The notes below the pieces were generated by a model. It ran no database searches and was not told the DNA's origin. It saw only the letters and a list, made by a program, of their open reading frames with translations. From positions 30,778 through 94,777 of the forward strand of contig JBFWWG010000015.1 of NCBI GenBank assembly GCA_050246315.1: DNA of 64,000 nucleotides, given 5' to 3'. Position 1 is the first letter of the stretch, and the number at the start of each line of letters is the position of its first letter. The translations under genes were made by a program, and so were the position numbers. This DNA is from Nitrospiraceae bacterium (GTDB lineage Bacteria; Nitrospirota; Nitrospiria; Nitrospirales; Nitrospiraceae). Of the stretch, positions 39,616 through 48,863 are shown piece by piece.

Positions 39616-41367
39616 ATGAGCGACCACATCGAGAGAAATCCGGAAGCAGGCCACTCGCAGGAGAGGAATCAGGGAACCGGATCGGCCGGCCGTCCACGAT
39701 CGGAGCAGACGGATCTGGTTGCGCTCTTGGACGAATGTCTCGAAGCCTTTCCCGACGGCGACCCGCGGCAGCGGCTGCTTCTGAAACTGCGCCATGCGGT
39801 GCTGCAGGGGGCCGTGCATCTGCAAGAAAAGGACGTAGAGCTGCGGAAACTTCAGGCGGTGGTGGAGAAACTCACCGCGCCGGCCAATCGCATCGGCATT
39901 TTGCTGGATCTGCCGGGAGAGGGGCTGGCCCGGATCGCGGTCGGAGGGGCGGAGTACTACACCACCGTCGATCCGCGGGTGAGTCAGGACGATCTGAAGA
40001 TCGGCACACAGATCCTGGTCAACGAAGCCTACGCCCTGATCAAGACGCTCGGCTACGACCGTAACGGACCGGTGCTTCGCGTGGCGGAGGCACTGCCGGA
40101 CGGGCGGATTCGTTTCGAGGCGGAACCGGGCCGCCAGACCTTGATCCTTCAGCGATCGGGTGATTTGGTCGGCGTGGAGTTGAGGGCGGGGGATGAAGTC
40201 CGGGTGGATCCAACTCATCGGATCGCGATCGAGCGCATCGAGGACCGGAAGGCGATGCGGCACCTGCTGGACGAGGTGCCGTCCGTGACCTGGGACCAGA
40301 TCGGCGGACAGGCACAGGCGATCACCGCGATCCGCAAGGCGATCGAATATCCGTTGATCCATGCCGAGGCCTTCGCCAAGTACCGGTTCACCCAGCCCAA
40401 AGGGTTTTTGCTCTATGGGCCACCCGGTTGCGGCAAGACCATGATCGGGCAGGCGGCAGCCGCGAGCCTCTCTAAGCTGGCGGCGGAGACCCGCCCGTCT
40501 GCGGATGAAACCGTTCCGATCACGCGAGGCGTCTTCCTCCACGTCAAGGGGCCGGAGATTCTCAACATGTGGTTGGGCGAATCCGAGCGGATCGTGCGCG
40601 AGATCTTCGCTCAAGCCCGGGCGAGACGGAAGGAAGGCGCGCTGCCGTTCATCTTTATTGATGAAGCGGAGTCCATCCTGGGCACGAGGCGTGCGATGAG
40701 ATCATTCAACATCACCAACACGCTGGTCCCCATGTTTTGCACCGAGATGGACGGGATCGAGTCGCTGCGCGATGTGGTGATCATCCTGGCCTCCAACCGA
40801 CCGGATCTGATCGACCCGGCCGTGCTCCGTCCCGGACGCATCGATCGGAAGATCAAGGTCGAGCGTCCGGACCGAACGGCGGCGGCCGAGATCCTCAGAG
40901 TGTATCTCACAGCCGACCTGCCGTATGCGGAATCGTTGCTGGCCCGCCATGACCATGATGCCCAGGCGGTCCGTGAGGCGCTGGTCGATTCGGCGCTCCA
41001 TGCGATCTTCGGACGCGTGGACGAGCATCGCGTATTGGCGGTGAGATTGCGCAACGGGCAGACGAGGACCCTCTATCGCAGCGATCTGCTGAGCGGGGCG
41101 ATTCTGGCCTCCATCGTCCAGCGGGCCAAGGAGCGGGCGATCGATCGGTCGATGGCCTCAACCGACGGAGTCGTGGGCGGTCTCACCGAGGAGGATGTGT
41201 CGACTGCGGTGCGGTCAGAATTCCGAGAAGGAGAAGTGCTGCCGCCGGATGACTCGGCCGAGGAATGGCTCAAGCTGCTCGATCACCAGCCGGATCAGGT
41301 GATCGGCATTTCGTCCTATCGGCGGGGACGGCCGTCGGAGGAGCGTCTCGTCAACCAGATCATATGA
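39616..41367 (+). CDS. arc: proteasome-associated AAA ATPase (ARC/Mpa-like)
   Basis: Coiled coil, tandem OB-like region, GPPGCGKT, FIDEAE, SNRPDLIDPAVLRPGRID. Confidence 0.9.
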   Translation: MSDHIERNPEAGHSQERNQGTGSAGRPRSEQTDLVALLDECLEAFPDGDPRQRLLLKLRHAVLQGAVHLQEKDVELRKLQAVVEKLTAPANRIGILLDLPGEGLARIAVGGAEYYTTVDPRVSQDDLKIGTQILVNEAYALIKTLGYDRNGPVLRVAEALPDGRIRFEAEPGRQTLILQRSGDLVGVELRAGDEVRVDPTHRIAIERIEDRKAMRHLLDEVPSVTWDQIGGQAQAITAIRKAIEYPLIHAEAFAKYRFTQPKGFLLYGPPGCGKTMIGQAAAASLSKLAAETRPSADETVPITRGVFLHVKGPEILNMWLGESERIVREIFAQARARRKEGALPFIFIDEAESILGTRRAMRSFNITNTLVPMFCTEMDGIESLRDVVIILASNRPDLIDPAVLRPGRIDRKIKVERPDRTAAAEILRVYLTADLPYAESLLARHDHDAQAVREALVDSALHAIFGRVDEHRVLAVRLRNGQTRTLYRSDLLSGAILASIVQRAKERAIDRSMASTDGVVGGLTEEDVSTAVRSEFREGEVLPPDDSAEEWLKLLDHQPDQVIGISSYRRGRPSEERLVNQII

Positions 41368-41484
41368 TCGTGGTCCATGGGACTCTCTTGCTCGCGCAAC
41401 GCGCGCCCTCGGGAGGGCCTCGTTGGACGCACGCAGTGGAGAGCCTCCATGCACCACGATCGCTCTAATGTCGGTGGAGAAGGT

Positions 41485-43011
41485 GTGAGAAGACTGTTTG
41501 GCATTGAAACGGAATATGGAATCACGCGTGACGACCTGGACATGGTCGATCCCGTGACGGAGTCAATGGAACTGGTGCGGGCACATCTCCTCGCTTCGTT
41601 TGAGCGGCGATGGGATTACGGCGGTGAAGATCCCCATGAAGATGCCCGGGGCTTTCGAGTCCCCGGCCTTCAGCAGGACAAGGAGGAGGAAGAGTTCGCC
41701 GAACAGGATACCCATCGCCCCTTCTCGTTCCATGAGATGAAGAGCGATCTGGTCTTGCCGAACGGTGCGCGCTTCTACAACGACCATACGCACCCGGAAT
41801 ATTCGACGCCGGAGTGCCGGACGCTGCTCAGCCTCGTCGCGCAGGATCGGGCCGGAGAGCGCATCGTCCAAGCGGCGGCGGTCCGTAGGAATCAAGCCCT
41901 GGGAGGGCCGTACGTCCGGCTGTACAAGAACAATACGGATTTCCACGGCCATAGTTACGGCTGCCACGACAACTATCTTGTCCCTCGGTCCGTGCCGTTC
42001 ACCTCGCTCGTGACCGGGCTGCTGCCGTTTCTGGTCAGCCGACAGATTATTGCGGGAGCCGGAAAGGTCGTGATCGAAGCCCAGGAGGGCCGCGCCCTGC
42101 CAGGCCGCTATCAAATTTCCCAGCGCGCCGATTTCATGGAAACCGAGTTGAGCGTGGATACGATGCACAACCGTCCTCTGCTCAACACCCGCGATGAGCC
42201 GCATGCCGACCGGCACAAGTACCGGCGGCTGCACTTGATCATCGGGGACGCGAATATGTGTGACTATGCCACCGCGCTCAAGGTGGGCACGACCAGACTG
42301 GTGCTGGATCTGATCGAACGCGGCGAGGCGCCAAGGCTGGAGCTGAGCCGGCCGGTGGAGGCGGTGAAACAGCTCTCGCGTGACCCCGACATGACAACCC
42401 GCGTTCCCTTGACGGATGGGCGGACCTTGAACGGCTTGGAGCTTCAGGAAATCTATTTCGATGCGGCGCACCAGGTGCTTGCCGGAGCGGATGAAGAGAC
42501 CGACTGGATTCTGCGAGAATGGCACGACACGCTGGCATGGTTGCGGCGCGATCGGGCGCGTCTCGTCGGGAAGCTGGACTGGATCACCAAACGGTGGCTG
42601 TTGGAGTCGTTCGCTCAGGAAGAACGGATCGGGTGGGATGACCCCTGGCTGGCGAGTCTGGATCTGGAGTACCACAATGTGGACCCGCAGCGGGGGTTGT
42701 TTCTTGGATTGGAGCAGGAGGGCCGCACGACTCGGCTCGTGTCGGAAGCGGAGATCCAGCGCGCGATGAAGGATGGACCGGCGGACACCCGCGGCGGCCT
42801 GCGCGGACTCTGTGTGCAACGATTCCCGGATCAGATCCAGGCGGTGCAGTGGGAGCGGATTCAGTTTCGTGGCGGGCTGTTCCCGTCCGTGCTCGACCTG
42901 GGCGATCTCTTCGATCCGGAGTCGGTCCAATCGTTGCATGGGTTGATGGAGACAGCGGATTCGCCCGCAGACTTGCTTGAACAGTGGGATCAACGACAGG
43001 CGAAAGGATAG
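41485..43011 (+). CDS. dop: Dop-like deamidase/deconjugase (PafA2 family)
   Basis: FGIETEYG, NGARFYNDHTHPEYSTPEC, NTRDEPHAD, RRLHLIIGDAN. Confidence 0.88.
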   Translation: MRRLFGIETEYGITRDDLDMVDPVTESMELVRAHLLASFERRWDYGGEDPHEDARGFRVPGLQQDKEEEEFAEQDTHRPFSFHEMKSDLVLPNGARFYNDHTHPEYSTPECRTLLSLVAQDRAGERIVQAAAVRRNQALGGPYVRLYKNNTDFHGHSYGCHDNYLVPRSVPFTSLVTGLLPFLVSRQIIAGAGKVVIEAQEGRALPGRYQISQRADFMETELSVDTMHNRPLLNTRDEPHADRHKYRRLHLIIGDANMCDYATALKVGTTRLVLDLIERGEAPRLELSRPVEAVKQLSRDPDMTTRVPLTDGRTLNGLELQEIYFDAAHQVLAGADEETDWILREWHDTLAWLRRDRARLVGKLDWITKRWLLESFAQEERIGWDDPWLASLDLEYHNVDPQRGLFLGLEQEGRTTRLVSEAEIQRAMKDGPADTRGGLRGLCVQRFPDQIQAVQWERIQFRGGLFPSVLDLGDLFDPESVQSLHGLMETADSPADLLEQWDQRQAKG

Positions 43012-43017
43012 ATCGTC

Positions 43018-43269
43018 ATGAACCATCCGTCCATGCTGATGGGTGCCGGTCTTGCAGATCCGGCAGCAGCCTCGCCCACGCAGACCCCGTTCGCGTCTCT
43101 CGAACGGAGGCCGTTTGAACCGATGCCGAAGCCGGTCAGTCCCTCAGACGATGAAGGAGGACCCAAGCGACCGGAAACCGGTTCGCCGGAGAAAGACAAT
43201 CTGATGAAGCGCATGAAGAAGGTCGATCCCAAACAGGCCGAGCGCTACCGCCAACGGACAGGCGAATAA
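43018..43269 (+). CDS. ubact: ubiquitin-like modifier UBact
   Basis: Small disordered protein ending VDPKQAERYRQRTGE, between dop and prcB. Confidence 0.9.
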   Translation: MNHPSMLMGAGLADPAAASPTQTPFASLERRPFEPMPKPVSPSDDEGGPKRPETGSPEKDNLMKRMKKVDPKQAERYRQRTGE

Positions 43270-43284
43270 GGGACGGCGCAGCGT

Positions 43285-43312
43285 TCAGCACTCAGCACTC
43301 AGCACTCAGCAC
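43285..43312 (+). repeat. (TCAGCAC)4 tandem repeat
   Basis: Four exact heptamers just before the prcB RBS. Confidence 0.95.
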
Positions 43313-43324
43313 CTGGAGATCACT

Positions 43325-44104
43325 ATGGGCATGCAAGGCGACTTTCTTCAACTGCTCAAGGAGCGAGGGTATCAGTTCGGAACGCCGGCTGTGTCCGATG
43401 TCAGGGCCGGCCGAGAGTTTGCACAGGCAACGACGATCCTCGCGATGAAATATGGAGACGGTGTGCTCGTAGCCGGGGATCGGCGGGCCACCGCCGGTAA
43501 CATGGTCATGTACGATCGCACCGATAAGGTGCTGGAGATCGACCGGCACAGCGTGATGGCGATCGCCGGTGTGCCGGCGACGGCCTATGAGATGGTCCGT
43601 GTGTTGGAACATTCCTTCAAGTATTACCGGAGGAGCCAGCTTCAGGATTTGAGCTTCGAAGGCAAGCTGCGCGCGGTGTCCAAGTTGCTGAAGGACAATG
43701 TTGCGGCAGCCCTCTCCGGCACCGGGGCCGTCGCGCCATTGTTCGCAGGGTATGACCATGAGACCGGACAGGCAAAAATCTATTTCTACGACATCTTGGG
43801 CGCGGAGTTCGAAGGAGTGGAATATGCCGTGTCCGGCTCCGGCTCCCCGACCATCCGCGGCATTCTGCATTATCTCAACACGTGGGGTGAACGGCCGCTG
43901 CGTGAACAGACGAGGGATCAGGCAGCGACTCAAGCGCTCCGCCTGTTGACGAGCGCCGCGGAATTCGATTCCGCGACCGGGGGGGTGAATCGAGAAGCCA
44001 ATCTCTATCCGGTCGTGAAGCTGATCACGGAGAAGGGTGTGGAGACCCTGTCGGACCAAGATTTGCGTGGGTGGTTTGTAACCAAGGTCGCCCGTCTTGG
44101 GTAA
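43325..44104 (+). CDS. prcB: 20S proteasome beta subunit
   Basis: Propeptide then TTILA (Thr1), GDRRAT, SGSGS. Confidence 0.93.
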   Translation: MGMQGDFLQLLKERGYQFGTPAVSDVRAGREFAQATTILAMKYGDGVLVAGDRRATAGNMVMYDRTDKVLEIDRHSVMAIAGVPATAYEMVRVLEHSFKYYRRSQLQDLSFEGKLRAVSKLLKDNVAAALSGTGAVAPLFAGYDHETGQAKIYFYDILGAEFEGVEYAVSGSGSPTIRGILHYLNTWGERPLREQTRDQAATQALRLLTSAAEFDSATGGVNREANLYPVVKLITEKGVETLSDQDLRGWFVTKVARLG

Positions 44105-44176
44105 CGGTGAAAAGAGCCTAGCTTGACACCCTGAGAATTCAGAACGCTCGATATCATTGAGCTGACAGAAACGACC

Positions 44177-44526
44177 GCAGGATGTTCAAAGAGGCCGTCA
44201 TGTTCACCCGCCCAATCCCGGTGCGCCGAGACGCACTTTTCCACGAGCGAGGCCGCAGCGAGCGAGGGGACGAAGCGGTACATACCACACTTCGTGTGAA
44301 CCAGCGGCTCACCTGGCGAAGCCCCTCCGTATTGACGCCGCTGGAGAAATTCACTAGCGGGTTACGATTCAAATCCGCACTTTGTGTGATCCGTTCGCGC
44401 ATGTGAATAGCTCTTGGGGAACGGAGAAACCCCTTCAGGGGTGAGTCTCCTGCGTTAGACCCATTGCACCAAGAATGGACGACAATGGGTGCCCAACAAA
44501 GCTGGCGGGCTTTTTCAACATCCTGC
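44177..44526. mobile_element. MITE between prcB and prcA
   Basis: TIRs GCAGGATGTTCAAAGAGGCCG / GCGGGCTTTTTCAACATCCTGC; homolog at 50504. Confidence 0.8.
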
Positions 44527-44541
44527 CAAAGGTGATCAGTC

Positions 44542-45375
44542 ATGTATGAAGAACCCTACCGATGGGTCGAGGCCGTCGGCAATCGCCGGCAATATCTCGA
44601 CGAGCAATTCAAACAGGGAAGTCCGGTCGTCGCCTTGTCTTATGAAGATGGAGTGCTGTTGCTGACGCTCAGCAAGGGCACGCCCAAGCTGTACGAAATC
44701 TACGACCGCATCGGCCTCGGCGGCATGGGGCATCCGGCGGATTTGGAGAAACTTCGATTCGGCCTGCTGGAGATGGCCCACTTGGAGGGATTCAACCGCT
44801 CTCCTTCGGACGTGACGGGCGCGCGGCTGATGAAGTATGGCCTGGCCCCTTCGATCAAGCAGGCCTTTGAGGAAATCTACAAGGCGCCGTGGATCGTCAA
44901 GATTCTGCTGGCGGAGCTGGGGGCCAAACCGGGAAAGGATGCGTTTCTGACGATCAACTATGATGGAGCCTTTGAAGAGACCATCGGGTGTGCGGTCTTG
45001 GCTGCCACAGCCTCCATTCAGAAGCGGATGCAGGCAGACCTGAAACAGGCCGGTGCCTCCGGTAGCCTGACCATGGTTCGCGCACTGGAGACGGCGTTGC
45101 ACGCGTGGGGGGTGGGTTCTCTGGCTCAGCGCCTGGCGGACGGCGACAGCCGGTCGGATGACAGCTCAAACCGGGGACGGACGTCGGGTGAGCCGGAAGT
45201 GAAGGCGGAGCCCGAAACCGATTCTGCGGCCATCACTGCGTACCTGCGCGAGCAGATGGCCGACCGAACGGTGGAGTGTGCGGTGTTGGAGCGGCAGACG
45301 ACCGGGTCTTCGAAATACCGTACGGTTAAGGTGGATGAGGTGACAAGCCTGTTGTGGAAGGAACTGAAGAGTTAA
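44542..45375 (+). CDS. prcA: 20S proteasome alpha subunit
   Basis: GSPVVALSY.DGVL, KLYEIYDRIG, ILLAELG. Confidence 0.9.
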   Translation: MYEEPYRWVEAVGNRRQYLDEQFKQGSPVVALSYEDGVLLLTLSKGTPKLYEIYDRIGLGGMGHPADLEKLRFGLLEMAHLEGFNRSPSDVTGARLMKYGLAPSIKQAFEEIYKAPWIVKILLAELGAKPGKDAFLTINYDGAFEETIGCAVLAATASIQKRMQADLKQAGASGSLTMVRALETALHAWGVGSLAQRLADGDSRSDDSSNRGRTSGEPEVKAEPETDSAAITAYLREQMADRTVECAVLERQTTGSSKYRTVKVDEVTSLLWKELKS

Positions 45376-45472
45376 GGTTAGGGCCGAAGGAAAAGTTAGG
45401 AGTACATCGTAATCCAGCTTTCGTTCCTCCCTTCGGCCGTAGTCCCAACCCGAACCTCGGCGTAGCTCCCCG

Positions 45473-46957
45473 ATGCTCAACAAGATCTTCGGCCTTGAAA
45501 CCGAATATGGGTTGCTGGTCAACGAGGAACGTCCCGAACATTCTCCGACCTGGTACGCCCACCGGATTCGAGACTATATCTTCCACGTGCAGCAGCGCGG
45601 CGTGCTTGACCTGCATCATCGCGGGCATGATGAGCCGCCCGGCAACGGCGGGTTCCTCACCAACGCCGGCCGTCTCTATCTCGACATGGGGCATATGGAG
45701 TATGCCTCGCCCGAATGCGGGTCGCTGGCGGATGTCGTGGCCTCTGATCGCGCCGGCGACCTGGTGATCCAGCAAGCCATCGACGACTTGGGGTTGGCCG
45801 ACGCGGTGTCGCTGATCAAGAACAACATCGACCACGAGACGGATGCCACGTTCGGCTGCCACGAAAACTACCTGGTCTCGCGGCGGTTCCCGTTCACGCG
45901 GCGCGGACTCTCCAGGCTGCTGCCGTTTCTGGTGACCCGACAGATCTTCACGGGAGCGGGACGAGTGGGCGCTGCCACGGTGGACGAGATGTGGGTGCCG
46001 CGCGGGCAGATCATCCTGCCGCGGGGTCGATTGCTGAGCGGAAGGGATGGTCCACGGGTGGATTTTCAATTGTCCCAGCGCGCCGATCACATCATGAACG
46101 ATTTTTTTGAATGGGTGCAGGGCAACCGTTCGATCGTAAACACGCGTGATGAGCCGCTGGCCGACCCGAATGCCTATCGGCGTATTCATCTACTCATGGG
46201 CGATTCCAATATGGCCGAATACGCCAGCGCCCTCAAGCTCGGCACGACGGCGCTGGTCCTACAGGTGATCGAGGAGGGGCATGCGCCTGACGGGTTGCAG
46301 TTGGCCGACCCGGTCGAGTCGTTGCAGGAGATCTCGCAGGATCAGGCGAGGGAATGGCTCGTGACGTTGGAATCGGGAAGCACGCTCTCGGCGCTCGACG
46401 TTCAGGAACAGTATTGGGAGGCGGTGCAGCGTCACTGTAAAGGTCAAGACGAGGAGACCGATTGGGTGTTGGACCAGTGGGAGCAGGTGCTCCAGGATCT
46501 GAAAGGCGACTATACGAAGCTGGTCGGGCGGGTCGATTGGGCCAGCAAACTGTGGTTGCTCGAAACGTATCGAGACGCCGAACGAGTCGGGTGGGACGAT
46601 CCGATGCTCAAGAGCCTGGATTTGGAGTATCACAACCTGAACGCCGGCCGCGGGCTCTACTTCGGCCTGTTGGAGGAAGGCAAGGTCCCGCGTTTCACGG
46701 CCGATCGGGCCGTCGAGCTGGCCCAAGACCGGCCTCCCCGCGATACCCGCGCCTTCGGCCGATCCGAAGTCGTGCGCCATTTGCTCGCCTGCGGACCGTC
46801 GCCGGACACCGACGATCAACCGGTGCGCGATCGCTTCTATCCCGCCTATATCATCAACTGGTCGGCGTTCCAACTGCGCGGCCGCGACCCCTTTATGATG
46901 CCCAACCCTTTCAAGACCTACGTGCAGGAAGTGAAGGCCCATCTCTCCGGCGGGTGA
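45473..46957 (+). CDS. pafA: PafA-like ligase
   Basis: FGLETEYG, NAGRLYLD.GH.EYASPEC, FGCHENY, NTRDEPLAD. Confidence 0.88.
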   Translation: MLNKIFGLETEYGLLVNEERPEHSPTWYAHRIRDYIFHVQQRGVLDLHHRGHDEPPGNGGFLTNAGRLYLDMGHMEYASPECGSLADVVASDRAGDLVIQQAIDDLGLADAVSLIKNNIDHETDATFGCHENYLVSRRFPFTRRGLSRLLPFLVTRQIFTGAGRVGAATVDEMWVPRGQIILPRGRLLSGRDGPRVDFQLSQRADHIMNDFFEWVQGNRSIVNTRDEPLADPNAYRRIHLLMGDSNMAEYASALKLGTTALVLQVIEEGHAPDGLQLADPVESLQEISQDQAREWLVTLESGSTLSALDVQEQYWEAVQRHCKGQDEETDWVLDQWEQVLQDLKGDYTKLVGRVDWASKLWLLETYRDAERVGWDDPMLKSLDLEYHNLNAGRGLYFGLLEEGKVPRFTADRAVELAQDRPPRDTRAFGRSEVVRHLLACGPSPDTDDQPVRDRFYPAYIINWSAFQLRGRDPFMMPNPFKTYVQEVKAHLSGG

Positions 46958-46975
46958 AGCATTCGCAGGATGTTC

Positions 46976-47305
46976 CTACGATCGGCTCATGCTCCGCCAT
47001 CGTCGCTCATCTTCCGTTTCGATGCACTTGGTCCAGGGATGCGACGCGGCGCCGACCACGGCCCCGGCTATGCCGAACGGAACCGAAATGAAGAAGAGCG
47101 GGACCCCAAGTCCGTAACCCGCCCATTGCATCAAGACACTGTCGCGATTCTGGCCGGCCTGGATGAGACGCACAGCCGGGTCCATCGGGAACATGCCGTA
47201 CTCGCTGCCGAGACCGGCGCTTTCGCCGATCGTGCGACAGCGTGCGTCGCTCATGGTCGGCACCAGGATCAGCGCCAGCCAGAGCAAGAATGCGCGCCTT
47301 TTCAT
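46976..47305 (-). CDS. small membrane/exported protein
   Basis: Signal peptide plus one TM helix; RBS in the tal 3' end. Confidence 0.6.
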   Translation of the reverse strand: MKRRAFLLWLALILVPTMSDARCRTIGESAGLGSEYGMFPMDPAVRLIQAGQNRDSVLMQWAGYGLGVPLFFISVPFGIAGAVVGAASHPWTKCIETEDERRWRSMSRS

Positions 47306-47308
47306 GGC

Positions 47309-48535
47309 TTACCTCCTCGTGCCAAGACCTGAGCCATGGTGCGAGGACGCCGGTAGCGCGAACGCGGAGTCATCCGATCGCTCAGGCATGTCTGTCTTCG
47401 ACCGGCGCTCGATGGCGTCGAGTAGGCGGTCATAGTCGCGTTGGAACGACTGGAGTCCCTCCTCCAACAAGCGATCGGTCACCTCCTTCAAGGAGATTCC
47501 CGTTCGCTCGAGCGCGATGAGCGTGTTGGTCGCCTCCTCAATCCCTTCGGTCAGCCGGAATGACGGACGTCCGTGATCACGAAAGGCCTCCAAGGTGGAG
47601 GGCGGAACCGTGGTGACCGTCTCGGGGCCGATGAGTTCTTCCAGGTACATCACATCGCGATAAAGAGGATTCTTCGTGCCGGTACTCGCCCAGAGCACCC
47701 GTTGGGGCATGGCGCCTCGTCCAGCCAGCGCGTCCCATCGCGGACCGGCGAACAGGGTTCGATAGCTCTGGTAAATCAGCTTGGCATTCGCTATGGCCAC
47801 TTTTCCTTGAAGGCTTCTGAAGCGGTCGCGATCTGCTTCCCTCGTGGAGGTTTTCAGGCGCGCGCCGAGGGCGGCGTCCACCGCCGTATCGACGCGGCTG
47901 ACGAAGACGCTGGCGACGCTGGCCACGCTGCCGACGTCGCCGCCCCGCTCTCCCAGTTGCTCGAAGCCCAGCAGGCAGGCCTCGGCCACGCGCGCATAGG
48001 TTTCTTGGGAGAAAATCAGGGTCACATTGACATTGATCCCCCGGCCGAGCAACTGCACGATGGTCGGGATGCCTTCCGGCGTGGCCGGTACCTTGATCAT
48101 CAGATTGTCGCGCCCGACGGCCTCCCACAATCGTCGCGCCTCGTCGAAAGTGCCCGCGGTATCCCCTGCCAGATGGGGAGAAACCTCCAAACTGACGTAA
48201 CCGTCGCGTCGCTTGGATCGCGCATAAACCGGCTGCAAGAGGTCGGCCGCGGTCTGGATATCTTCGATGGCCAGCCGTTCGTAGCAAGCCCGTGCGTCCA
48301 GGCCATACTCTCTCCCGAATGTGGTGAGATCCTCGGCGTAGTGAGGGTCGCCCGTGATGGCCTTTTCAAAGATCGTCGGGTTGGAAGTCACCCCACCGAG
48401 TCCCTCTTCGGTGATCAAGTGCTGAAGCCGGCCGGAAGCGATCAAGCTCCGATCGATAGAGTCCAGCCACACGGATTGGCCGAATAGTCCAAGAGCACGA
48501 ACGGGATTCATGATTTTCATGTGCGAGACTATCAT
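47309..48535 (-). CDS. tal: transaldolase
   Basis: GVTSNPTIF, VSLEVSP, MIKVPAT, NVTLIFS, LWASTGTK. Confidence 0.95.
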   Translation of the reverse strand: MIVSHMKIMNPVRALGLFGQSVWLDSIDRSLIASGRLQHLITEEGLGGVTSNPTIFEKAITGDPHYAEDLTTFGREYGLDARACYERLAIEDIQTAADLLQPVYARSKRRDGYVSLEVSPHLAGDTAGTFDEARRLWEAVGRDNLMIKVPATPEGIPTIVQLLGRGINVNVTLIFSQETYARVAEACLLGFEQLGERGGDVGSVASVASVFVSRVDTAVDAALGARLKTSTREADRDRFRSLQGKVAIANAKLIYQSYRTLFAGPRWDALAGRGAMPQRVLWASTGTKNPLYRDVMYLEELIGPETVTTVPPSTLEAFRDHGRPSFRLTEGIEEATNTLIALERTGISLKEVTDRLLEEGLQSFQRDYDRLLDAIERRSKTDMPERSDDSAFALPASSHHGSGLGTRR

Positions 48536-48622
48536 CGAGTGTCCTCCTATGGATGATGCGTTCCTTGGCGCCGACTCTCGGGTCCAACGGCCGGGCCCAT
48601 TCGGATCTCTTCCGCGATATCG

Positions 48623-48826
48623 TCAGGAATGCCGGCCGACCACGAGCGCCTCTGCCTCGAGCCAATCGTCCAGATCATGCCCATCGACTCGCCCGCGTTC
48701 CTCGAACAACTCGTAGGCCTTGGCGGCGATGAGATGCCATGTCCCGTTGTCGTCCGGGCCCGCAGACGTCCATTGATCACTCGTGGGTTGCTTCGTGAGA
48801 TTGGTGCTCGTGCGACGCTTCCTCAT
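48623..48826 (-). CDS. DUF2934 family protein
   Basis: IAAKAYELFEERGRVDGHDLDDWLEAE. Confidence 0.85.
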   Translation of the reverse strand: MRKRRTSTNLTKQPTSDQWTSAGPDDNGTWHLIAAKAYELFEERGRVDGHDLDDWLEAEALVVGRHS

Positions 48827-48863
48827 CGTCCCCTCCTTGTGTGCCGCCTCTCTCGCTGGCGAG

